Shown here piece by piece: positions 7,210 through 15,973 of a stretch of 32,000 nucleotides of DNA (position 1 is the stretch's first letter; the number at the start of each line of letters is the position of its first letter). The stretch comes from Candidatus Saccharimonadota bacterium (GTDB taxonomy: Bacteria; Patescibacteriota; Patescibacteriia; 2-12-FULL-60-25): assembly GCA_022843095.1 (NCBI GenBank), contig JALHOH010000001.1:300001-332000 (forward strand). The letters are read 5' to 3'. Both the position numbers and the translations under genes were made by a program. Under the pieces are notes generated by a model. The model saw only the letters and a list, made by a program, of their open reading frames with translations, was not told the DNA's origin and made no database searches.

Positions 7210-10200
7210 TTCCACGCCTATGACGCCGCGTCATCCCGAAGCTGCCGGGCCGTTGCAAGAAACGGCTGAGGCACTGCGTGCGCTTTCTACTTCGCCACAT
7301 GAGGCGATGCGCCCAGAAACCAAAACGCTTCAGCGTGAACTTCTTATGAAACACGCGTTGGGAGCGACGAATGCGGCACCGGAACAGGCGCCGACACCAG
7401 TACAAAAACCATCCACGGATGCTTCAAAGCGTCGGTGGTGGGTTCCGTTTAGCGGATTTGCCGCCGTGGCCGCGGTTATTTTGCTTGCGGTCATGGTTGC
7501 GCCAAAATTAGGGATCTTGCCGATGGGCGGACCCTCACAGGGGGCCATTGCGCGTATTTTGATCCCGGAAGCACATGCAGGCGATGTGTTTTCTGTGTTT
7601 GCGGAACATGCGGATGCGGCCGGGGCAAACACCGATTCCGCGTGGGTGGTCAAAGCGGGAATCGCGGTGAGCGAGGCGGAATTGAAAGAAACGCTCCGCA
7701 TTGTCCCGGAGATCCAGGTCGATGTGCAAAAAGTCGACAGCGAGACGTTTAAGATTATTCCAAAAGAACCGCTTGAACCGGGGAAGGTCTACAAGGTCGA
7801 GCTTGCCGCTGCCATCGATAAGGGAAATGGGCAAACGCAGACGCGTGATTTTAGCTGGGCGATTCAAACGAAATACGTCTTCCGGACCATTGCCACGATT
7901 CCGGGGGATCAGACGGGGAATGTGCCGGTGAACACGGGCATTGAATTCAAGTTTTCCTATCCGAACGTCGAAGATCCGAAGGATTTCTTCTCGATCACAC
8001 CGGGTGTGGCTGGGCGGTTTGAACAGCGCGGACGAACGGTGACGTTTGTGCCTGAAAAACCGCTTGCGTATGGCACGGCGTATGAAGTGCGCATGAAGCA
8101 AGGGTTTGGGGTGAAAGAGAGTGATTTGGGTCTTGCGGCAGACACGGTGGTGCGCTTTGAAACGCAGTCCAAGGAATCCGCGACCCAACAAGGGGCGTCT
8201 GCCGTGGTACGTCGATTTGTGCCGCGCGAGTTTAACGTCGTGACGCCGGGACAAGATCTCTTGCTGTTTGAGCAGGGGTGGTATGGCTACGGGGGCCCTG
8301 GGGTGGTTGCATGGGATCAGATTCCGGTTTCGATTGCTGCCTACCGTTTGGATGCGAACGCGGCAAAGGCGCTGTTTGCCGATCGGTTAACCATTCCGGA
8401 ATGGCAACCCGTGCGCGCGTCGGCGTATGAGGCTTATGCGACGCGTGTGGGAGGGGCGTCTCCTGCGTGGACAACGGAAGTGAAGCCGAGTCGAATGGAT
8501 GCGTATGGCCAATGGTATTTGCAGGTGCCTGCGCAAAAAGATCCGGGACTCTTCGTATTGAAGGTCACGCCGACGGCGGGGACGTCGACCTACGCGTTTG
8601 TGCAGGTCACGAAGAACGCGACGTATACGATTGCGGATACGGACACGTTGCAAGCGTGGGTCGTGGATGCAACCGCGAACAAAGCGCAGGAAGGGGTCGC
8701 CGTGCGCGCTGGGTCGCTTGCGGCAACGACGGATGCGCGTGGAATTGCACGGTTGCCGGTTGCAGAATTGCGTTCGACCTCAACCGCGTCCGCAACAGGA
8801 GAAGCGCCGTTCTTCTTGCTTGAAGTTGCCTCTGGAAACGACGTGTATCTTGGGGCGTTTCAGAAGGCGACGTTCCGGACCTCGGAATACTCCGCATTCA
8901 ATAGTTATGGTCCGCAGTTTGATACGTTCCAAACCTGGTCGTATCTCATGAGCGATCGCTCGTTGTATCGCGGAACTGATGCACTGGAATTGTACGGATT
9001 CGCACAGGATCGCACGTCCGGAAAGGGTGTTGGCGCTCTTGAGCTTGAACTGGTACGTGGGGGTGCCTGGAAGTGGCTTGGATATTTTGGAGAACGCACC
9101 ACAATTCAGACGCAAACCGTGAACACGGACGCAGGTGGTCACTACACGGGAACGTTCCGCTGGAACGATCTTGCGCCGGGGTACTATCAGGTGTTGGTGC
9201 GCAAGGCGGGATCGTCGTCGTATCTGACGCAAGTTGGATTTGAAGTGCGGGATTTTGTGAAGCCTGCATACACCGTCGATATCCAGGCCGAAAAACAACG
9301 CGTGTATGGAGGTGATGAGATCACCGGTCGTGTCCAAGCACGGTTCTTTGATGGCACGCCGCTTGCGAATACGCGTCTGACCGTTTCCGGAGATCAGTAT
9401 GGTCGCATGCTTCCGTCGCAGGAAATCGTGACTGACAAGGATGGCCAGGCGACGTATCGGATCAAGACGGAATTGCCCGTGTGTGGGAAGGATGTGGAAT
9501 TCTGTTATGGCGAGGAATACGTCGTTTTGACCGTCCGTCCGTCGGAAGGGGAAGAAGGGGATATCGTCGCTTCCGTGGGCGTGAGTGTGCTTCGGAGTGA
9601 GCTCGAAATTGAGGCAATGTCTCGTTCGACCGGGACGCGTGGAGAAATCCGTCTGCAGACGCGTCGTGCGACACTTGCTGTGGATCAGCCGTCAGCGACA
9701 TGGCCGGATCGGACGCTGCAGGTGAAGATCAAGAGCTTCCGTCATGAACAGATCGAAGACGGTACCTACTACGACTTTTACACCAAGACCACGTCGCCAA
9801 AATATCGCTATGAACGGAAAGAGGGTCCGGTGATCGAACGGAGCGTCAAAACGGATGCGTCCGGTTCGGTTGTGATCCCGTTCACGGTGGATCGTGATTA
9901 TTGGTATGAAGCCGAGGTAACCGGGGTAGATGATGCGAATCGTGCCATTCGGTTGCGACCGTATGTGTGGCTTGGATGGTGGGAATGGAATCCATTGAAC
10001 GTCGCCGAGCGGTATTGGGGGGATGATTATGTGGATGACCGCTGGGTGAACCTCGCGTTTACGCCGGATGAGAAGAAATATCAGTACGCAGAAGGCGAAC
10101 GTGTCGGCTTCGAGCTTCGTCGTGGGAAGAAACCGTTCCCTCTTGAAAAGACCCCTGGATTCTTGATGATGGTGGCAAGCCGTGGGTTAAAAGAAACGGC

Positions 10201-12496
10201 GTTGCAGACAAATCCTGGGTTTACGGTGTCATTCACCTCGGCGTACATCCCGAGTATGGAGGTGCGGACAGTCACCTTCTTTGAAGGACGGTTTGTGACG
10301 GCGCAGCGTTCGGTGCAGTTGGATACGACCTCGCGTGAGCTTCAGATTACGGCAACGCCGGATCGAACGTCGTATGCGCCGGGAGCGGAGGCGAAAATCA
10401 AGGTGCAGGTGCGTGATCCAAAAGGGAATCGTGTGCCAAACACGAACGTCGCGGTGACGGCGGTTGATGCAGCGGTAGAAGCGCTCGCGCCGTCTCAGTT
10501 CGTGTCGCCGCTCGCCATGTATGGGTATGTCTGGGATGGAATCGTGCACGAAGGATGGTCGCACGACTACGGCGATCCGTACGGGTTTGGCGGTGCCGAA
10601 AAGGGTGGCGGCGGATTTGGGGACATGGCACTCGCCAAGGCCTCTGTGCGCCGGAACTTCAAAGATACAGCCATCTTTACGCTGGCAAAGACGAACCAGG
10701 ATGGGGAGGCGACCGTCGCGTTCACGTTGCCGGATAACCTGACGACGTGGAACACCAAAGTCGCGGCCATCTCGGATACGTTGCTTGCAGGGGCAACCAC
10801 GACGGAAGTTGTTGTCTCGAAGGCGACGTTTGTAGATGCGGTGATCGCCCCTCGCTTGCTGACAAAAGATACGCCCGTCTTAAAACTCCGTGCCTATGGG
10901 ATTGGGCTTTCTGCGGGAGAGCAGGTGTCGTTTGTGGTGAAAGCGCCAACCCTTGGAATCAAGGAACAGCGCGTTGAGGGAAAGGCGTTTGAGCCCATGT
11001 ATCTCGCGATCGATCGACTGACCCCGGGGGCACACACGCTTGAGCTCTATGTGGGTTCGCGCGGGGACGTCGACGCGCTTGAACGCAAGATTGTCGTCGT
11101 GGATTCGCAATACGAAAAGGAAACCGAGATGCAGGTGGATGCTTTCCCGGGCGTCGGCTTGCCCGAGATCGGACGCGATACGGTCGCTGTGACGTTTACG
11201 AGCAAAGCCCAGGGGTCTTTGCTTCCGGAAGTGCGGGCACTGTGGGGGATGCAGTGGGATGCGCGCGTGGATGCACGGATCGCCGGTCGCGTGGGGGCAA
11301 AATTGCTTCGGGATCTCTACCGTTATCCGGACGTGGAAGAAGCGACGGAGAACCTACGCGTATTCCAGGATCTTCAAACCGGCGGGATCAAGTTGTTGCC
11401 GTATGGAGGGCCGGACGTAGAACTCACGGCCGACGTTGCGGCAACCGCGCCCGATCTGTTTGATCGCCAGTTGCTTGCTGCGTACTTCTACGGTCGTTTG
11501 GAAGACGGGTCAGTGAGTCGTGAAGAGCAGATTCAGGCTCTCGCAGGGCTTGCGGCGGTGGGAGAGCCGGTACTTCCTTCCATGGAAGACATGGCCGCTT
11601 TGGAAGATCTGAATCCGCGAGAAGCGCTTGCGCTTGGACGTGGGTTTGCCGCAGCCGGAGCCAAGGAGCGTGCGCGTCAGGTATTGGATGCGTTGCTTGC
11701 GCAGGTTGGAGAGACGCGTGGATCGGTGAAGGTGCTTAAGGTGTCGGACAAGGCAGCGGATCTCTTTGAGGCGACGGCGGATGCGGCGGCGCTTGCGGCG
11801 CAGACGGCGCATCCGGATGCAGAGATATTGATGGCGTATGTGCAGGAAACGTGGACGGAAGATGCCTTCCCGTTGCTTGCACGCGCACGGTATCTGCGTC
11901 AGGTGGCACCGCTTCGCCCGGCGGGAGACGTCTCGATCAGTTACACGGTGGATGGTGCGCGTGAAGAGACGATTTCGCTCCGCGAATGGCCTGTGGAACG
12001 TCGGTTCTACAGCAAAGCGCAGGCGCAATCCTTCCGCGTAACCAAGGTGACGGGTCCGGTCGTCCTTTCGGTGACGAAGACCGAGCCCGGACGCCCGAAT
12101 ACGACCGAAGGTCTCGCCATCACGCGTACGTATGACGCAGGGAAGCCGCTTTCCGAATTGAAAGAAGGGGATGCGGTGACGGTGAAGCTGCGTGTCGTGT
12201 ACAAGGACGCGGCTCAGGATGGGTGTTACGCCATTACGGATTATCTCCCGGGGAACTTCCAGCCCCTGATTACGGTCAATTATGGCTGGTGGGAGCGTTC
12301 CTGGTTCCCGTATGATGTTCGTGGAGCAAAGGTGTCGTTTGTGGGGTGTAAAGACACCAAGAACCCAACGGAGATCGAATATCAGGTGCGGGTGGTAGGA
12401 CGCGGAACCTACACGGCAGAGGCGCCAAATGTGCAACATCAGTCGCATCCAAGTCAGAGTGCGGTGGGTCAAGATACGGTGGTGACGGTGAAGTAA
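7193..12496 (+). CDS. Membrane-anchored giant alpha-2-macroglobulin-family protein (1767 aa) with an N-terminal cytoplasmic segment and Ig-like (SbsA/Big-type) and MG domains
   Basis: It has about 85 aa of cytoplasmic N-terminus followed by a TM helix (WWVPFSGFAAVAAVILLAVMV). The A2M hallmark FKDTAIFTLAKTNQDGEATVAFTLPDNLTTWNTKV is present. At the expected thioester site the sequence is LLPYGGPDVE rather than PYGCxEQ. The ATG at 7193 overlaps the sigma stop by 17 nt; an alternative ATG is at 7220. Confidence 0.8.
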   Translation: MDAQNNSTPMTPRHPEAAGPLQETAEALRALSTSPHEAMRPETKTLQRELLMKHALGATNAAPEQAPTPVQKPSTDASKRRWWVPFSGFAAVAAVILLAVMVAPKLGILPMGGPSQGAIARILIPEAHAGDVFSVFAEHADAAGANTDSAWVVKAGIAVSEAELKETLRIVPEIQVDVQKVDSETFKIIPKEPLEPGKVYKVELAAAIDKGNGQTQTRDFSWAIQTKYVFRTIATIPGDQTGNVPVNTGIEFKFSYPNVEDPKDFFSITPGVAGRFEQRGRTVTFVPEKPLAYGTAYEVRMKQGFGVKESDLGLAADTVVRFETQSKESATQQGASAVVRRFVPREFNVVTPGQDLLLFEQGWYGYGGPGVVAWDQIPVSIAAYRLDANAAKALFADRLTIPEWQPVRASAYEAYATRVGGASPAWTTEVKPSRMDAYGQWYLQVPAQKDPGLFVLKVTPTAGTSTYAFVQVTKNATYTIADTDTLQAWVVDATANKAQEGVAVRAGSLAATTDARGIARLPVAELRSTSTASATGEAPFFLLEVASGNDVYLGAFQKATFRTSEYSAFNSYGPQFDTFQTWSYLMSDRSLYRGTDALELYGFAQDRTSGKGVGALELELVRGGAWKWLGYFGERTTIQTQTVNTDAGGHYTGTFRWNDLAPGYYQVLVRKAGSSSYLTQVGFEVRDFVKPAYTVDIQAEKQRVYGGDEITGRVQARFFDGTPLANTRLTVSGDQYGRMLPSQEIVTDKDGQATYRIKTELPVCGKDVEFCYGEEYVVLTVRPSEGEEGDIVASVGVSVLRSELEIEAMSRSTGTRGEIRLQTRRATLAVDQPSATWPDRTLQVKIKSFRHEQIEDGTYYDFYTKTTSPKYRYERKEGPVIERSVKTDASGSVVIPFTVDRDYWYEAEVTGVDDANRAIRLRPYVWLGWWEWNPLNVAERYWGDDYVDDRWVNLAFTPDEKKYQYAEGERVGFELRRGKKPFPLEKTPGFLMMVASRGLKETALQTNPGFTVSFTSAYIPSMEVRTVTFFEGRFVTAQRSVQLDTTSRELQITATPDRTSYAPGAEAKIKVQVRDPKGNRVPNTNVAVTAVDAAVEALAPSQFVSPLAMYGYVWDGIVHEGWSHDYGDPYGFGGAEKGGGGFGDMALAKASVRRNFKDTAIFTLAKTNQDGEATVAFTLPDNLTTWNTKVAAISDTLLAGATTTEVVVSKATFVDAVIAPRLLTKDTPVLKLRAYGIGLSAGEQVSFVVKAPTLGIKEQRVEGKAFEPMYLAIDRLTPGAHTLELYVGSRGDVDALERKIVVVDSQYEKETEMQVDAFPGVGLPEIGRDTVAVTFTSKAQGSLLPEVRALWGMQWDARVDARIAGRVGAKLLRDLYRYPDVEEATENLRVFQDLQTGGIKLLPYGGPDVELTADVAATAPDLFDRQLLAAYFYGRLEDGSVSREEQIQALAGLAAVGEPVLPSMEDMAALEDLNPREALALGRGFAAAGAKERARQVLDALLAQVGETRGSVKVLKVSDKAADLFEATADAAALAAQTAHPDAEILMAYVQETWTEDAFPLLARARYLRQVAPLRPAGDVSISYTVDGAREETISLREWPVERRFYSKAQAQSFRVTKVTGPVVLSVTKTEPGRPNTTEGLAITRTYDAGKPLSELKEGDAVTVKLRVVYKDAAQDGCYAITDYLPGNFQPLITVNYGWWERSWFPYDVRGAKVSFVGCKDTKNPTEIEYQVRVVGRGTYTAEAPNVQHQSHPSQSAVGQDTVVTVK

Positions 12497-12501
12497 GCGC
12501 A

Positions 12502-12532
12502 CAGAACGGGCGGCCAAAAGCCGCCCGTTCTG
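12502..12532 (+). terminator. Perfect 13-bp GC-rich hairpin without a U-tract, after the A2M-like gene
   Basis: CAGAACGGGCGGC-caaaa-GCCGCCCGTTCTG. No T-run follows it on either strand. Confidence 0.4.
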
Positions 12533-12544
12533 CAAAACATCTTT

Positions 12545-13450
12545 ATGCGAAGTCCACGGCTGTTTGTCGTCCTGATCCCGCTTGTGTTGGTTGGGGGATG
12601 GTTGATGCGGCCTAAAAACCTGCTTGAAACGCACAAACGCGAAGAGGCGTCTCTCATCATCGAGACGGCGCCTTTTGTGGATCCTGCCACGTTTGGGACG
12701 TCATTGCTGGCAGCCCGCGCAGAAGCGGCGCAAGCCTCCATTCCTTGCGGGGAGATTCGAGGAGGGGTGGTGAACCATCACGTGCTCGCGAGTGATCTCT
12801 TGGCGCGGTTTTTTGCCGAGCTTGCGCGATGCGCGCCTGATACCAAACGCATCATTATACTGTCGCCAGACCATTATCAGATCGGCACAACCCCGGTTAG
12901 CACCCTTTCGGCCTCCTATCGTGTGCAGGATGGGATGATCCAGACGGATGAAGGCGCGCTCCATCGTTTGCACGAACGTGTTTCATCGGCAGTGATTTTG
13001 AATGCGGCGGCGACACATGAACACGGCATCGCGGCACTTGTCCCGTTTCTTGCGGCATTCTCGCCGGAGGTGCGCATCGTACCCGTGCTCATCAGTCAGC
13101 GTATTCCGCTCCAGGATGCGGAGGCGGTAGCTGCCTGGATTCAGGACGAGCAGCAATCGGGGGAGACGATCGTCGTCGTTTCTTCGGATATGTCGCATTA
13201 TCTCCATGAGCACGAGGCGCGAAAATACGATCAAAAAACGCTTCTCGCGCTGGAGGAGGGGGATCGAGCGTTTTTTTGGCGCGCCACGGACGCGTTTACC
13301 GACAACGGGCGTTCATTATGGATCGTCCATGCGGCGTGGGAAGATCGCGTTTCATTCCGACGGCTGGGGGAGGGGATCAGCAATCGGTACAAAGGGTCAG
13401 ACGCGAACACGACCACCTACCTGACTGGCGTTTGGGAGCGCGCAAAGTGA
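12545..13450 (+). CDS. Memo-like / AmmeMemoRadiSam system protein B family protein with an N-terminal TM anchor
   Basis: GGVVNHHVLASDLL, IIILSPDHY and VVVSSDMSHYL resemble the conserved His and Asp clusters of Memo/AmmeMemoRadiSam-B proteins. Confidence 0.6.
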   Translation: MRSPRLFVVLIPLVLVGGWLMRPKNLLETHKREEASLIIETAPFVDPATFGTSLLAARAEAAQASIPCGEIRGGVVNHHVLASDLLARFFAELARCAPDTKRIIILSPDHYQIGTTPVSTLSASYRVQDGMIQTDEGALHRLHERVSSAVILNAAATHEHGIAALVPFLAAFSPEVRIVPVLISQRIPLQDAEAVAAWIQDEQQSGETIVVVSSDMSHYLHEHEARKYDQKTLLALEEGDRAFFWRATDAFTDNGRSLWIVHAAWEDRVSFRRLGEGISNRYKGSDANTTTYLTGVWERAK

Positions 13451-13456
13451 TGGTGG

Positions 13457-13906
13457 CTAGAAGAACCGGTGCAGCGCGTCGACCGGAGATTCTTTGAGTA
13501 CGTCTGCGTGGACTTCACGGAGAATTTTATCGTTCAGCTCCGTTGAAAGTGCTGCGCGAAGCGCATGGGCAATGTCCGCAGGCAGTGCCAAGAACACGCG
13601 TTCTGCGGAGCCACTCATGATCGCATCGTCGATGGTTTCGGCGATTTGCTCCACAAACCGTTTTTGACGTTCCTGTTCGGCATGATGTGGTTCGTTTGGA
13701 TGCGCCATGCCCGTACCGTTCCCTCCGGCGGTTTCACGGTCGGTTAAATACGTGCGAGGAACCGAAATGCCATCTAAATCTTCCATCGCATCATTCCCGA
13801 CCAAGTAGCATTGGGCGCGAAGATGATCGCCATAAATGACGAGGGTCGGGACGGGAAAATGGACGGCAAGGTCATGCGGGATCTGCATAGGAGAAAAGAA
13901 TACCAT
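13457..13906 (-). CDS. Host-attachment-protein family / bacterial eRF1-like (baeRF1) small protein
   Basis: The central segment RETAGGNGTGMAHPNEPHHAEQERQKRFVEQIAETID and the C-terminal RVFLALPADIAHALRAALSTELNDKILREVHADVLKESPVDAL match my recollection of the family layout. Confidence 0.5.
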   Translation of the reverse strand: MVFFSPMQIPHDLAVHFPVPTLVIYGDHLRAQCYLVGNDAMEDLDGISVPRTYLTDRETAGGNGTGMAHPNEPHHAEQERQKRFVEQIAETIDDAIMSGSAERVFLALPADIAHALRAALSTELNDKILREVHADVLKESPVDALHRFF

Positions 13907-13923
13907 GCCCGTGTGGCGATGGC

Positions 13924-14919
13924 CTAAGAAAGTTTTAAGGTTTTGAGATACGACACGAAAGGACGTTCAAACGTCTTGGAGGAGGCAAGACAGCGAGCGA
14001 TGGAGGTAAGCAGCGGTGCGTCCATGCGTAGTTTTTTGACCAGTTGCGCGGCAAGCACCGTGGCGGAAATCCCTTCCACCGTCCCAAGGCCAAGGTCTGC
14101 CGGCTTTTTGCTTTTTGCCCCCACTAGGCGTTCGCCAAAGGTTCGGTTGCGTCCATGCGGCGACATCCCGGTGACGATTAGATCGCCAAGTCCTGCGAGT
14201 CCGGCGGCCGTTTCGAGATGCGATCCGGCGCGTTCAAGAATCGACTCCATTTCGGCGATCGCAAGGGTCATCACCAGCGCTTTGGCGTTGGTCGGGTGCT
14301 TCAATCCATCGCACATCCCAAGTCCGATGGCGTAGACGTTTTTGAGCGCCGCTGCGAGTCCAACCCCCTTCACATCACGGGAGGTTCCGACTTTAACCGT
14401 TTTGGTCGCCAGGAGTGCGCGGACTTTTTCGGTGGCCTTTTTGTCCTTTCCCGCGATCACGAGCGCGGTGGGTGACCCTTTGGCCATCTCGGTCGCGATC
14501 GCGGGGCCACCGATCGTGCAGATGCGTTTGCGCAGTTTTGGCGGAAGAAGTTTTGCCTCGGTCAAAATGAGCGGATCTAGCGTTTCGGGATCGAGTCCTT
14601 TGGTGATGCTTGCCACGATCGCATCTTCCGAGAGATGCGGACGCGCCTTTGCGATGACCTCCGCGACCGCGAACGAAGGGACGGCGACAAAAACGACGTC
14701 CGCCTGATTGACCACGGTGACGAGATCCGGTGTGGCGACGACGTGTTCCGGAAAACGGTGGCCGGCAAGGTATTTGGTATTGCAGCGATCTCTGCGCATT
14801 TCTTCGGTCACATCCTCTTCGATGCAGTACAGATGCACCGGACGATTGTGGCGTGCGAGGACGAGGGCAAGCGCAGAAGCCATGTTTCCGGCGCCAAGGA
14901 TGGCGATGGGGCGTTTCAT
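13924..14919 (-). CDS. gpsA: NAD(P)H-dependent glycerol-3-phosphate dehydrogenase
   Basis: It has a Rossmann motif (IAILGAGNMASALA) plus NTKYLAG, ITKGLD and GLGDLIVTGMSPHGRNRTFG. The start is set at the ATG at 14919 (MKRPIAILGAG), not the longer track ORF. Confidence 0.85.
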   Translation of the reverse strand: MKRPIAILGAGNMASALALVLARHNRPVHLYCIEEDVTEEMRRDRCNTKYLAGHRFPEHVVATPDLVTVVNQADVVFVAVPSFAVAEVIAKARPHLSEDAIVASITKGLDPETLDPLILTEAKLLPPKLRKRICTIGGPAIATEMAKGSPTALVIAGKDKKATEKVRALLATKTVKVGTSRDVKGVGLAAALKNVYAIGLGMCDGLKHPTNAKALVMTLAIAEMESILERAGSHLETAAGLAGLGDLIVTGMSPHGRNRTFGERLVGAKSKKPADLGLGTVEGISATVLAAQLVKKLRMDAPLLTSIARCLASSKTFERPFVSYLKTLKLS

Positions 14920-15016
14920 ATGTCGAGTAGGGTAGCGCGATTGTCTAAAAACGAAAAACACGAGGAGGGCTTTGACGGTTGTTCGCCTAAGTTGCTACGC
15001 TCCGAATGCAAAATTT

Positions 15017-15091
15017 GCGCCCTTAGCTTAACGGATAAAGCTCCGGTCTTCGGAACCGGCAATGGGGGTTCGATTCCCTCAGGGCGCACCA
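15017..15091 (+). tRNA. tRNA-Arg (anticodon TCG), CCA encoded
   Basis: Manual cloverleaf: acceptor GCGCCCT/AGGGCGC, D stem GCTT/AAGC, anticodon stem CCGGT/ACCGG with loop ctTCGga, T loop TTCGATT. Length 75 nt. Confidence 0.9.
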
Positions 15092-15097
15092 TATAGA

Positions 15098-15124
15098 AAC
15101 GTCCCCTTTATGGGGATGTTTTTT
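15098..15124 (+). terminator. Intrinsic terminator after tRNA-Arg
   Basis: AACGTCCCC-tttat-GGGGATGTT followed by a T-run. Confidence 0.6.
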
Positions 15125-15133
15125 GTAGTAAAT

Positions 15134-15162
15134 GAAAATCCCCCATCCGTTGATGGGGGATT
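15134..15162 (-). terminator. Intrinsic terminator of the PARG-like gene
   Basis: 10-bp stem AATCCCCCAT/ATGGGGGATT. On the minus strand it is followed by a modest T-rich tract (ATTTTC). Confidence 0.5.
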
Positions 15163-15166
15163 GTGT

Positions 15167-15973
15167 TCAGTGGTCCCGCGCGAAATGCACCGCGAAGGGG
15201 TGCGCTATTGCACTGGACAGGGTGTACCCCGGAAGGGCGAACGTGACGCGGGTGAACACCTGCCGATACGCGCCGTGCAGAAGTTCCTTGAACATCTTGG
15301 TGACCAGGATCGGATTCGCCCCTTCCTCGCACCCAAACGGGGGGAGGATGAGGGATTGATACCCCTGGTACGCGGCGACGCGGAGCATTCGTTCGATCCG
15401 CGTCCGAAGGGCGTCGTTGCCTTCGTCGGAACGACCGGGGCGTTCGGTCGCCTGTGAAAACCAGTCGGAGAGTCGCGGGGGAGCGACCAATATCGCCGAG
15501 AGGGCGACCGGATGGTTCACACGCTCGAACTCCGCGTTCCGAATGACGGGGATGCGAGGGATGTGGGTAATTACATCCGTCATGAGGGCGTCCGCGGGTT
15601 CTGGAACATGCGTCTTGGCCAGCGATTCCCGAGAAAGGATGGCAGAAAGACAGGTGTGCGCCGCGAACTGCTCGAAGGCGAGCGAACGCTTCGTCGACGA
15701 GTTGCGCGGATCGTCTGGAAGGACGATGCAGGGACGCAGATCATCCATCAGATCCTGGAGTGCGAGTTCGAGCGGCGGCTTTGTTTCTGTGGCAAATCGC
15801 GTGCGTTCGGCGACTGCCGCCGTTGGGACCGGGATCGACTGATCCGGAAGAATCGTCACGGGGGCGGGAAGGCGAATCTGCTTTCCGCCGGGGGTCGTGT
15901 AATACCCATCGGCACAGTACCGTGCATTATCCAGGGCAAGCGACGTGAGAAGAGAGGGATCGGTTGTGGTCAC
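15167..15973 (-). CDS. Divergent TIGR02452/DUF2263-type (bacterial PARG-like) macrodomain protein, 268 aa
   Basis: GTG start preceded by AGGAGGA at 8-nt spacing. The C-terminal half aligns by eye to the family (RIERMLRVAAYQGYQSLILPPFGCEEGANPILVTKMFKELL..FTRVTFAL versus LVLGAWGCGVFGNdP..VA..F). The segments ITHIPRIPVIRN and SAILVAPP correspond to family segments iYSpxVpVFR and aAPN. The catalytic GGG..QEE region is degenerate (LPDDPRNSSTKRSLAFEQF). Confidence 0.5.
   Translation of the reverse strand: MTTTDPSLLTSLALDNARYCADGYYTTPGGKQIRLPAPVTILPDQSIPVPTAAVAERTRFATETKPPLELALQDLMDDLRPCIVLPDDPRNSSTKRSLAFEQFAAHTCLSAILSRESLAKTHVPEPADALMTDVITHIPRIPVIRNAEFERVNHPVALSAILVAPPRLSDWFSQATERPGRSDEGNDALRTRIERMLRVAAYQGYQSLILPPFGCEEGANPILVTKMFKELLHGAYRQVFTRVTFALPGYTLSSAIAHPFAVHFARDH

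Noticed and set aside
10912-10926. SAGEQ in the A2M-like protein as a candidate thioester motif.
   Set aside because: There is no cysteine, and the location is in the wrong domain, upstream of the PYG-containing segment.
11510-12634. 374-aa minus-strand ORF antisense to the 3' end of the A2M-like gene.
   Set aside because: It is an Arg/His-rich antisense artefact. It runs through the inter-gene hairpin and into the Memo-like gene start, and has no motif.
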